DNA from: an uncultured Nitrospiraceae bacterium
Lineage (GTDB): Bacteria > Nitrospirota > Nitrospiria > Nitrospirales > Nitrospiraceae
Direction: 5' to 3'
Assembly (NCBI GenBank): GCA_963706325.1
Contig: CAVPLT010000005.1
Location: 51,663 to 115,662 of the forward strand
Length of the DNA stretch: 64,000 nucleotides
Below the pieces are notes generated by a model. It was not told the DNA's origin and ran no database searches. It saw nothing but the letters and a program-made list of their open reading frames with translations. Both the position numbers and the translations under genes were made by a program. Of this stretch, positions 50,534 to 60,425 are shown one piece after another (the first letter of the stretch is position 1; the number at the start of each line of letters is the position of its first letter).

Positions 50534-51254
50534 GCTCTTTATGAATCTTGACCGGTACCTTGCTCTTCATAGATTCGGTGTAAGCCATGAGCGCCCGCTG
50601 CTGTTTTTGAAAGAGGAAGCTCTGAAAAATCCGCTCCTTCGCAGCATCCACCTTGGCAGGATCGGTTTCACCCTGACGGGTGACGAGGGCCTGTGCTTCT
50701 GAATATTCCGAAGGCGTGAGGGCCACCGCATCCATGACGACCAAGCGAGCTTTGTTGGTGAGAATATCCTTGGCTTCCATCGCTTCAAAGGATGAGGGGG
50801 TCAAACGATTTGCCGCCAGCAGTCTGCGATAGGCCTCGGGGTCGAACGTGCCATTCCGCTGGAATTCCGTTCGTTGCATAATCGCTTTACGGAGATCGTC
50901 GTCCGACACCGTGAGCCCCATGTCTTTCGCCACATGCAACCACATGCGGTTGTCAATGAGTTGCTCCAGCACGAACTGTTTGAGGAATTCATCCTTGATG
51001 TCGGTTTGACCTTTGTCTTTGTAGAACCGGTATGTATTTTCGTAGGCGCGACGAAATTCATCCAGCGGGACGGCTTGATCCCCAACGGAAGCCACAACGT
51101 TGCCGCTCTCTTGACCAAATCCCCACCATCCCATGGTGATGACAAACGCGAGGGCAAGAACGCCCATGATGGACTTGAGAAACCACGGATAGTCATGCGC
51201 TGCTTCGCGTAACAATTTGATCATCGAGATCGCCTCTTGTCGGCACGGCTCCAT
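50526..51254 (-). CDS. SurA N-terminal-domain / PpiD-like periplasmic chaperone lacking a PPIase domain
   Basis: 242 aa with an N-terminal TM helix, then VASVGDQAVPLDEFRRAYE...FLKQFVLEQLIDNRMWLHVAKDMGLTVSDDDL. Confidence 0.6.
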   Translation of the reverse strand: MEPCRQEAISMIKLLREAAHDYPWFLKSIMGVLALAFVITMGWWGFGQESGNVVASVGDQAVPLDEFRRAYENTYRFYKDKGQTDIKDEFLKQFVLEQLIDNRMWLHVAKDMGLTVSDDDLRKAIMQRTEFQRNGTFDPEAYRRLLAANRLTPSSFEAMEAKDILTNKARLVVMDAVALTPSEYSEAQALVTRQGETDPAKVDAAKERIFQSFLFQKQQRALMAYTESMKSKVPVKIHKELM

Positions 51255-51339
51255 GGATTCTACTCAGGTGCCGGCAATAAAGGCAAGAGGAGGAGAAGGG
51301 CGACTGCTGTGCGAGAAGATTGCGACTTTGTTTGTGCGG

Positions 51340-51843
51340 ATGGGCGAGATTTGCTATAGTGACCCTCAATCGGGGAGATCTTCATTGGCGGAGGTGGCAG
51401 CCGGGCAAAGCCCATTCGAACTGGGTGTCTATCCGAAGGCCCAGGTACTGAACCGATTCATCGCCAAGGTGATTGACCTCCTGCTCGTGGCTGCGGCCAG
51501 TAAACTGGTGCCGCCGGTGGGCATTCTTGTCGGCCTTGCTTACATCTTATTGGCCGATGGATTTGGGGGCGGTCGTAGTGTCGGGAAGCGGTTGATTGGG
51601 TTGCAAACCATTGTGCCGCACACTCGCGACCCCGCAGGATTCAGAGAGTCAATTATCCGCAATCTGCCCTGTGGCCTAGCCCAATTGGCATTTGAGGTGC
51701 CTTATGTGGGGTGGATCGGATGGGGCGCCGTACTTTCACTTGAAGCACTTTTGGTTATGGGGAATGAGCAAGGTCGGCGATTAGGTGACGAGATCGCGAA
51801 GACTCAGGTACTTGAGAGTGGACAGCTTGATGTACCGGATTGA
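51340..51843 (+). CDS. RDD-family membrane protein
   Basis: RFIAKVIDLLLVAAAS...GRSVGKRLIGLQTIV is an RDD-domain pattern. The start is uncertain; the ORF opens at 51217. Confidence 0.55.
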   Translation: MGEICYSDPQSGRSSLAEVAAGQSPFELGVYPKAQVLNRFIAKVIDLLLVAAASKLVPPVGILVGLAYILLADGFGGGRSVGKRLIGLQTIVPHTRDPAGFRESIIRNLPCGLAQLAFEVPYVGWIGWGAVLSLEALLVMGNEQGRRLGDEIAKTQVLESGQLDVPD

Positions 51844-51862
51844 ATAACTCGATCGGCGTTGA

Positions 51863-52942
<1,080 letters not shown>

Positions 52943-52960
52943 ACTCCATCCTGAGAGTGG

Positions 52961-53842
52961 ATGGCTAGTTCGCGTTCGACATACGGCACCAGACGCCTCG
53001 CCATAGTGCTGTTCGCCCTCTTGATTGCCGCGCTCTTTCTTCTTCCTAGTCAAAGTGAGGGGTTACTGCAGTACGTCGGGGGACCGCTCGGACAGATCCT
53101 CAGTCTTCCGCTCGCCGCATTTTCAGCTCTTGATCACGGTATTTCTGAAACATGGGATGGCTACCTCGCCTTGCAGGGCGTCCGTGAAGAGAACCGCCAG
53201 CTTCGTCGAGATATCGAATCGCTCAAAGGAATAAATAATCAGTTGCGTGACTCCGTGTCGGCCACGCAGCGATATGCAACTCTGCTGAACTTCACACAAC
53301 AGTCGTCTACTCGCACTGTCGCGGCCCAAGTGATCGGGAGGGACGCGACAAACTGGTATCGAGGCGTGATTCTGAACAAAGGCGAAAGCGATGGTGTTCG
53401 TACGGAAATGGGGGTCGTCACTCCGGCCGGTGTCGTCGGCCGTATAGTAAAAACGAATTCGACCTCGTCGGTCGTCTTGTTGGTCACCGATCCGAACAAT
53501 GCGATTGCAGGCTTGGTGCAGCGGACTCGCGACGAAGGCATTGTCGAAGGCACGAGCCATGGGCGCGCACGCCTCAAGTACATTCCCCTCCTGTCCCGAG
53601 TCCAGCCCGGCGATCGAGTGGTGACGTCGGGCCTCACAGGTTCTTTTCCCCGGGGTTTGGCGATCGGCGGATTGACGCAGGTGGAAAAGTCAGAGGGAGA
53701 TTTATTTCAATCCGCAGAAATCGAGCCGGAGGTCGACCTATCAAAGCTGGATGAGGTGCTGGTCATTACGGCGCCCTACGAAGGTGCCGACGCGGCACAG
53801 AAACTCCTGCAGGAAATCCACGGGGATCGAAAGAAGCCATGA
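52961..53842 (+). CDS. mreC: rod shape-determining protein MreC
   Basis: 293 aa with an N-terminal TM helix, a coiled coil (ENRQLRRDIESLK) and the beta-domain GVVGRIV...VVTSG. It follows mreB. Confidence 0.85.
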   Translation: MASSRSTYGTRRLAIVLFALLIAALFLLPSQSEGLLQYVGGPLGQILSLPLAAFSALDHGISETWDGYLALQGVREENRQLRRDIESLKGINNQLRDSVSATQRYATLLNFTQQSSTRTVAAQVIGRDATNWYRGVILNKGESDGVRTEMGVVTPAGVVGRIVKTNSTSSVVLLVTDPNNAIAGLVQRTRDEGIVEGTSHGRARLKYIPLLSRVQPGDRVVTSGLTGSFPRGLAIGGLTQVEKSEGDLFQSAEIEPEVDLSKLDEVLVITAPYEGADAAQKLLQEIHGDRKKP

Positions 53843-54339
53843 AGTTTGTCGTCTATGCGCTACTGGCGATGGTGGTGGTACCACTACAAACAACCCTGTT
53901 GCATTACGTCAGTATCCTCGGCGTACGACCCGATCTTGGTTTGATCGCGGCGTGTCTCGTGGGTTTTCTCGGTGGGGAGCTCGATGGTTTGATTCTCGGC
54001 CTTATTTTGGGGTGTTTCCAAGATATGCTGTCTGCCGGAGAGCTGTGGATCAATGTCGTGACGAAGGGAGGGGCCGGGTTTCTCGCCGGCATGGCGGGAC
54101 GCCATATGGCCCATATCACTCCGGCTGTGTTGACGGTGGGCCTCGTTGTCATCTCCTGCTTGTCCAGCGGAGTCTTCCTTTACGCGATGAATCCGGCGAG
54201 CATTGATGATGTTTGGATGGGAGTCCGTTCGACCGTGCTGGTGCAGGCCGGATATGACGCCGCCATTGGAGCGGGTTTGTATCTGATGTTTCGGCGACGC
54301 TGGTCGGATGATCGAATGGTGACAGAGGGAGCGCTGTAA
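53839..54339 (+). CDS. mreD: rod shape-determining protein MreD
   Basis: A 166-aa polytopic membrane protein, called from its position between mreC and PBP2. Confidence 0.7.
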   Translation: MKFVVYALLAMVVVPLQTTLLHYVSILGVRPDLGLIAACLVGFLGGELDGLILGLILGCFQDMLSAGELWINVVTKGGAGFLAGMAGRHMAHITPAVLTVGLVVISCLSSGVFLYAMNPASIDDVWMGVRSTVLVQAGYDAAIGAGLYLMFRRRWSDDRMVTEGAL

Positions 54340-54362
54340 GCGCATGCCTACCTTGCAACGAC

Positions 54363-56261
54363 GTGTGGCGAAGGGCTGGGGATGAGGCCGTGATAGGGTT
54401 TAACGATTCCGACCTTCTCGACCTTCAGCGGCGACTTGCCATCCTGCGCGTAGGCCTTCTGTTGGTGGTGGCACTGTTGGCTCTGCGACTGTGGCATCTA
54501 CAAATCCGGGAAGGCCCCTATTATCGCGACCTGTCCGAAAACAACCGGACACGGTCGGTCGTGCTTGAACCGGCCCGGGGGCTTATATTTGATCGGAATG
54601 GCATTTTGTTGGCGAACAATGTACCGAGTTTCGCTTTGTATGTCACATTGGAAGACGTGAAGGATCGTCAAGGTTTGGTCGCACAGCTGGCCTCTTTGCT
54701 TGGCCTAGATCCAGAGCTCGTTCAGAAGAAACTGTCGATCGGAAAAGGAAGCAAGCTGCAGCCTCGCAAAATCAAGGATCGTCTGACACTGCGAGAGGCC
54801 ACGTTAATCGAGTCTCACCGTTTAGACCTACCAGGCGTGATGGTTCAAGTGGAATCGCAACGGAATTATCCCGGCGGGGTGGTCGCCGCGCATCTGTTGG
54901 GTTATGTAGGAGAGGTGTCGGCGGAGCAACTCGAAAGGGCCGACTTTGCGGATCTCCATCAAGGCAGCATCGTGGGGCAGTACGGAGTGGAAAAGTCCTT
55001 TGACCGGCAGGTGCGCGGCCGGGCGGGACAGAAGAGCGTTGAGGTAGATGCGCTTGGCCATGAGAAACGTGCCGTCGTGGCAGAGAAGCCGGTTGCAGGC
55101 GACGATCTCCATCTCACCATTGATGTCCGCTTGCAAAAAATCGCGGAAGATCTTCTCGGGGAGGAATCCGGGGCTATTGTGGCGCTAGACCCTACCACCG
55201 GAGACGTTCTGGCGATGGCTAGTCGGCCTGGGTTTGATCCGAATATGTTGTCGAAGGAGTTGACGAACAAACAATGGGTTGAAATAGTGCAAAATGAGGG
55301 ACGGCCGTTGAATAACCGCGCGACGCAAGGCCAGTATCCGCCGGGATCAACCTTCAAGGTTGTGATGGCTGCGGCGGCCCTTGAGTCCAACACCGTGACG
55401 CCATCGACCATGGTTCGCTGCAACGGCGGCTACCAATTCGGCAATCGATTGTTTCGTGACTGGAAACCTGGTGGGCATGGTTCCGTCGACATGACCCAAG
55501 CGTTGATTCATTCTTGCGACGTCTATTTCTACACCATGGGCCAGCGCATGGGGATCGATACGATTGCCGAGTATGCGAAGCAATTCGGTCTTGGACAGGA
55601 ATCCGGAGTGGAATTGGCCTCAGAGCGGGTGGGGATCGTCCCGTCTACGGCCTGGAAACAGAAGGCGAGAAATCAACCATGGTATCCCGGTGAAACCATT
55701 TCAGCCGCGATTGGTCAGGGGTATGTGACCGTGACGCCATTGCAGATGGCGAATGTGATCGGGACTGTGGCAAATGACGGCGTATTGATGAAGCCGAGGT
55801 TGGTGCAAGCTGTTATGAATCGTGCAACGGGCGAGCGCGCCGAATTTCCGCCCACGGTTCGCGGGAAAGTGGCGGTCAAACCGGCGACCATCGCCTTAAT
55901 CAAAGAGGCATTGGCCGATGTGGTGACGAAAGGAACCGCGACTCGAGCCAAGTCCTCCCTGGTGACGATTGCGGGAAAAACCGGTACGGCTCAAACGGCG
56001 GCTCTCCGCACCGGTCCAGATAAAGATATTCCGAAGAAGTTTCGAGACCATGCGTGGTTTGTTGCCTTTGCCCCGGTTGAGGCGCCGCGCATCGCCGTGG
56101 CGGTTCTAGCCGAACACATGGGCCATGGCGGGTCCGCTGCCGCGCCCTTGGCGAAGGATGTCATTGAGGCGTACGTGAAAGCCTATCCCCACGTGCTCAC
56201 TGGAGCCAGAACCGGTGGCCGAACGAAGGCACCTGCTTTGGCAACCGGAACACGACCGTAG
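54363..56261 (+). CDS. mrdA: penicillin-binding protein 2 (elongasome transpeptidase)
   Basis: It has the SxxK motif (GSTFKVV) and KTGTA. The N-terminal PBP dimerisation domain is present. Confidence 0.9.
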   Translation: MWRRAGDEAVIGFNDSDLLDLQRRLAILRVGLLLVVALLALRLWHLQIREGPYYRDLSENNRTRSVVLEPARGLIFDRNGILLANNVPSFALYVTLEDVKDRQGLVAQLASLLGLDPELVQKKLSIGKGSKLQPRKIKDRLTLREATLIESHRLDLPGVMVQVESQRNYPGGVVAAHLLGYVGEVSAEQLERADFADLHQGSIVGQYGVEKSFDRQVRGRAGQKSVEVDALGHEKRAVVAEKPVAGDDLHLTIDVRLQKIAEDLLGEESGAIVALDPTTGDVLAMASRPGFDPNMLSKELTNKQWVEIVQNEGRPLNNRATQGQYPPGSTFKVVMAAAALESNTVTPSTMVRCNGGYQFGNRLFRDWKPGGHGSVDMTQALIHSCDVYFYTMGQRMGIDTIAEYAKQFGLGQESGVELASERVGIVPSTAWKQKARNQPWYPGETISAAIGQGYVTVTPLQMANVIGTVANDGVLMKPRLVQAVMNRATGERAEFPPTVRGKVAVKPATIALIKEALADVVTKGTATRAKSSLVTIAGKTGTAQTAALRTGPDKDIPKKFRDHAWFVAFAPVEAPRIAVAVLAEHMGHGGSAAAPLAKDVIEAYVKAYPHVLTGARTGGRTKAPALATGTRP

Positions 56262-56263
56262 AC

Positions 56264-57385
56264 GTGATGATTGATCGTGTAATAGACAGTCGAGGGCTAG
56301 ATAGTTTCGATCTCCGGTTCATGGGACTGATCGCGGTGATCCTGTCCGTGGGGGTGTTGTCGATTTATAGCGTGACACACTCTCAGGACACGTCCTTTCC
56401 TTATTACCTCAAGCAGCTCGTCTGGATTTTCTTAGGAACGGTCGCGTTTCTGGTGATGTATCTGTCCGATTATCACAAGATTGCTCGTTTGGCCTATCCG
56501 ACCTATGCGGTGATCTTGATTCTGTTGGCGGTTGTATTGCTTATGGGCAAGTCCAGTCGCGGAGCCCAGCGATGGATTCCGATCGGTCCCTTCGCGTTTC
56601 AGCCGTCTGAATTTGCCAAACTCGTGTTGGTGTTGGTGTTGGCCTATTACTACTCCCGCGTCTCTCGGGTGGGCTGGTTGCAGCGAGTCGTCGTGCCGGG
56701 CTTGATCGTGTTGCCAGGGCTGCTGTTGATTCTCAAACAGCCGGACCTGGGCAGTGGATTAAGTTTTTTGGCTGTCTACGCGGCGATGTTGCTGATGGTT
56801 GGGGTGCGTTCGAAGGCGCTCGGGATTATTCTCCTGCTCTCCGTCATGTTATTCCCCTTTGTCTGGGAGATGGTCTGGGCCTCGCTGCACGATTATCAGC
56901 GTCAGCGCGTCATGGCGTTTGTCGACCCGGACTACGATCCGGGGGGGAAAGGCTATCACGCGTTGCAATCCAAAATTGCCATCGGCTCGGGTGAGCTGGC
57001 AGGAAAAGGGCTCTATGGCGGCACGCAAAGCCAGCTGAAGTTCCTGCCGGAAGGGCATACCGACTTTGTATTTGCTGTGTATGCCGAGGAGTGGGGCTTT
57101 GTCGGGGTGTTGGTATTACTGGCCCTGTTTATCGCGCTGATATGGGTCTCATTGGAAATTGCCGCGCGTGCGAAAGACACGCTGGGTGCCTTACTCGCGG
57201 CCGGCATTGTGGCGATGTTGTGTTTTTGCGTGGTGGTCAATATCGGAATGACGGCGGGTATGTTTCCTATCGTGGGAATTCCGCTTCCGTTGGTCAGTTA
57301 CGGAGGCAGTGCGACCATCATGACCATGGCTTCATTAGGGCTGCTACTGAATGTAAAACGACGACGGTTGACCCTCTTTTACTAG
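56264..57385 (+). CDS. rodA: rod shape-determining protein RodA (SEDS family)
   Basis: A 373-aa member of the FtsW/RodA/SpoVE family with ten-TM-like hydropathy. It follows mrdA. Confidence 0.9.
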   Translation: MMIDRVIDSRGLDSFDLRFMGLIAVILSVGVLSIYSVTHSQDTSFPYYLKQLVWIFLGTVAFLVMYLSDYHKIARLAYPTYAVILILLAVVLLMGKSSRGAQRWIPIGPFAFQPSEFAKLVLVLVLAYYYSRVSRVGWLQRVVVPGLIVLPGLLLILKQPDLGSGLSFLAVYAAMLLMVGVRSKALGIILLLSVMLFPFVWEMVWASLHDYQRQRVMAFVDPDYDPGGKGYHALQSKIAIGSGELAGKGLYGGTQSQLKFLPEGHTDFVFAVYAEEWGFVGVLVLLALFIALIWVSLEIAARAKDTLGALLAAGIVAMLCFCVVVNIGMTAGMFPIVGIPLPLVSYGGSATIMTMASLGLLLNVKRRRLTLFY

Positions 57386-57529
57386 GCCGTGCCTGGACAG
57401 GGGTTGACTTGATATGAAATAACCATGGAATCAAACCGGCGCCGGACCAACGGCGAGACGAGAAAGAACCCGGGCCATGTGTCCGCGTTCGTCTGCCGAT
57501 CTGCCCGATTTGAGTGTAAAGGAGTTTGT

Positions 57530-59041
57530 ATGGGGGTTGAGATAGCGATAAGCATAGCGCGGGAAGAAACCCGCGTGGCGGTCCTGGACAACGGGGTCGT
57601 CACGGACCTCTACGGAGACCGTGCCAAAGACCAAGATTTCGTAGGAAACATTTACAAAGGGCGAGTCGCGAAGGTGTTGCCCGGCATGCAGGCCGCCTTC
57701 ATCGACATTGGGTTGGAAAAGGCGGCGTTTGTGCACGTGTCCGATCTCTCCATGGATTTGGAGTCCGGAGATACTCTTGTCGAAGGGGACGACGACGATA
57801 ATAAGGACTCGGAGGTTCCGAAGCCGAAACGTCAAAACTCAAAACCGATCGAAGAGTTGCTGACTGAAGGCCAGGAAGTCATGGTGCAAATTTCCAAAGG
57901 GCCGATCGGTACCAAAGGTTCGAGGGTGACAACCTATGTGTCATTGCCGGGGCGGTATCTGGTGTTCATGCCGACGGTCGAGCATATCGGTGTGTCCCGC
58001 CGTATTCCTCGAGACGAAGAGCGGGCTCGGTTGAAAGAAATCATGAAGCGGGCGCGCCGTCCGGGGTTCGGATACATCGTTCGGACAGTCAGTGAAGGCG
58101 TGAAGGAAGAGGAACTGCGGTCCGACGTCGAATTTCTTCACGTCTTGTGGCAGGACGTGTTGACCAAGCGTGATCAGCAGCCGGCCCCCAGCCTCTTGCA
58201 CAGCGACTTGAGCTTGAGTTTTCGGGTGGTGCGCGATCTTTTTGGGCGTCGGGTCGATAGGCTCTTGATCGATAATCGCGAAGAGTACAATGCGATCAAG
58301 AACTTTGTACAGCGATTTTCGCCTGAACAAACCTCGCGTATCCACTTTTATGACAAAGAGGAGAGTCTGTTCGACTACCTGGGAGTCGAACAGGAAATTG
58401 CTCGTGCCATGAGTCGAAAAGTATGGCTCAAGTCCGGCGGGTATCTGGTGATCGACCATACTGAGGCAATGACGGTCATTGATGTCAACACGGGCCGATT
58501 TGTTGGTAAACGCGATCAGGAAGAGACGATTCTTCGGAACAATCTGGAGGCCGCACGGGAAATTGCCTACCAGGTCAAGTTGCGAGGCATCGGCGGTATC
58601 ATCATCGTGGATTTCATCGACATGGAGCGGGAGAAAAATCGCGACAAGGTCTATCATGCCTTAGTGGATGCCATGTCCTCGGATAAGGCTCGCACCAGAA
58701 TTTCAAGAGTTTCCGATCTTGGATTGATCGAAATTTCGCGCGAGCGCGTTCGGGAAGACCTCCTCCGGTCGCTCTCTGAACCCTGCCACTATTGTGATGG
58801 ACGTGGCTATACCAAATCGCCCATGTCGGTAGCTTACGAAATTTTCCGTGAGGTGCGACGACTCGGTCATGAAATTGAGCAGCAACGCGTCATCGTGGGC
58901 GCGCATCCAACGGTCGCGCTACTGCTTCAGGAACAGGAACAGCCCGGCGTTGAAGAGCTCGAACGGCGGTATGGCGCAAAAATTTTAATCACCCCCGATG
59001 AACGGTTGCATTTAGAGCAGTTTGACTTGGTCGTGATGTAG
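57530..59041 (+). CDS. rng: Rne/Rng-family ribonuclease (RNase G-like)
   Basis: It has the S1 domain (GNIYKGRVAKVLPGMQAAFIDIG), the DNase-I-like core and the Zn-link CHYCDGRG. The ATG at 57530 follows AAGGAG. Confidence 0.85.
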   Translation: MGVEIAISIAREETRVAVLDNGVVTDLYGDRAKDQDFVGNIYKGRVAKVLPGMQAAFIDIGLEKAAFVHVSDLSMDLESGDTLVEGDDDDNKDSEVPKPKRQNSKPIEELLTEGQEVMVQISKGPIGTKGSRVTTYVSLPGRYLVFMPTVEHIGVSRRIPRDEERARLKEIMKRARRPGFGYIVRTVSEGVKEEELRSDVEFLHVLWQDVLTKRDQQPAPSLLHSDLSLSFRVVRDLFGRRVDRLLIDNREEYNAIKNFVQRFSPEQTSRIHFYDKEESLFDYLGVEQEIARAMSRKVWLKSGGYLVIDHTEAMTVIDVNTGRFVGKRDQEETILRNNLEAAREIAYQVKLRGIGGIIIVDFIDMEREKNRDKVYHALVDAMSSDKARTRISRVSDLGLIEISRERVREDLLRSLSEPCHYCDGRGYTKSPMSVAYEIFREVRRLGHEIEQQRVIVGAHPTVALLLQEQEQPGVEELERRYGAKILITPDERLHLEQFDLVVM

Positions 59042-59206
59042 CTCGATCTTTCATAATAGTCTGGCCAGTCCTACCGCGGCAGGAACTGATGTGTAAGAGT
59101 GATTGGAAAAGCCTCTCGTTCTCGGCGGATACCCTGTGATTGAGCGCGGCCCCCGTGGCACTGGTACCGGCGTTGCACCCACGATGCGTGATGAGCTGAA
59201 ACGATC

Positions 59207-60343
59207 GTGAGCAGCCGATCTCTCCGCCCTTGGTTTGTGCTCCGCGCCATTCCCGGTGTCGGAGATGCCATTCTTCTTAAGCTCGTACAGTCCTTGGGGA
59301 CGCCGGATTCCGTCCTCGCAGCGACCCCAGCAGCATTGGAAGAGATCGGATGCCGCCCGCCTTTGATTGAAGCCCTTCGGCGCGGACCTGATGCGTTGGC
59401 GGTCCGACAACTTAATCAGGAATTGACCCAATTGGAGCGCCACAAGGTGACGGTGCTGACCTATTTGGATACGCAGTATCCGGCGCTGCTTAGAACCATC
59501 CCTGATCCTCCTCCCCTGTTGTATCTCAAGGGCACCTTGTTGGCTAGCGATCGTCATGCCATAGCCATTGTTGGTACGCGGAAGGTCAGTGTCGCAGGAC
59601 GTGTCTTTGCCGAGGAGCTGGCTCGGGATCTGGCGGCCATGGGATTCACGATTGTGAGCGGTCTGGCGCGGGGGGTGGACGCCGCTGCGCATCGTGGTGC
59701 TCTCGCGGGGCAGGGGCGAACGCTGGCGGTGATGGGATGCGGGCTGGATCGCACATATCCGGCGGACCATCGGCACTTGCGCGAGGCGATCGAGCGCAGC
59801 GGAGCCGTCTTGTCTGAGCTTCCGCTAGGAGCAGCGCCGCACAGTTATCACTTCCCTCGTCGCAACCGAATTATCAGCGGACTCGCGTTGGGTGTCGTTG
59901 TGACCGAAGCCGCGATTGAGAGCGGATCACTCATCACGGCTCGATTGGCAGCTGAGCAGGGACGAGAAGTCTTCGCGGTGCCTGGTTTCGTAAACATTGA
60001 AAACAGCCGCGGGCCCAATAGCTTGATCAAGGACGGCGCGAGATTAGTAGAATCGGCGCGCGATGTGCTCGATGAATTGCGGCCGCAGTTGGATGCGGCA
60101 TTTTGCAGCAGGCTTAACGCGCGAGTAAATGCCGAGCAGCCGGCTGACCTTCAGTTGGGAGCAGAAGAGACGTTGGTCTATGACGCCCTTCATGCGGTGC
60201 CGCAATCGATCGATGAAGTGATTCGAGTGACTGGACTTGCGGCATCTCAGGTGACCTCGATTTTGCTTGCATTGGAATTAAAAAATTGTATTCGGCAGTT
60301 ACCGGGCAATGAGTATGTGCGGCTCTCCGGTGGAACTCGTTAG
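59207..60343 (+). CDS. dprA: DNA-processing protein DprA
   Basis: 378 aa with GTRK.S..G, SGLARGVDAAAHRGAL and a C-terminal winged helix. Confidence 0.85.
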   Translation: MSSRSLRPWFVLRAIPGVGDAILLKLVQSLGTPDSVLAATPAALEEIGCRPPLIEALRRGPDALAVRQLNQELTQLERHKVTVLTYLDTQYPALLRTIPDPPPLLYLKGTLLASDRHAIAIVGTRKVSVAGRVFAEELARDLAAMGFTIVSGLARGVDAAAHRGALAGQGRTLAVMGCGLDRTYPADHRHLREAIERSGAVLSELPLGAAPHSYHFPRRNRIISGLALGVVVTEAAIESGSLITARLAAEQGREVFAVPGFVNIENSRGPNSLIKDGARLVESARDVLDELRPQLDAAFCSRLNARVNAEQPADLQLGAEETLVYDALHAVPQSIDEVIRVTGLAASQVTSILLALELKNCIRQLPGNEYVRLSGGTR

Positions 60344-60425
60344 AAGATTGAGGCTGACAGGCGCTCGATATTTGTTATAGTGGGTATGATACTGTGCTGG
60401 TAGATGCTGAGGAATAAGCAATCTC

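Noticed and set aside
57425-57529. N-terminal extension of the RNase G-like ORF
   Set aside because: The ATG at 57530 has an AAGGAG Shine-Dalgarno and matches the usual Rng N-terminus. The extension is basic, low-complexity sequence.
57941-59776. 238-aa and 241-aa minus-strand ORFs (57941-58657, 59051-59776)
   Set aside because: They are antisense to rng and dprA respectively, have no motifs and show shadow-ORF composition.
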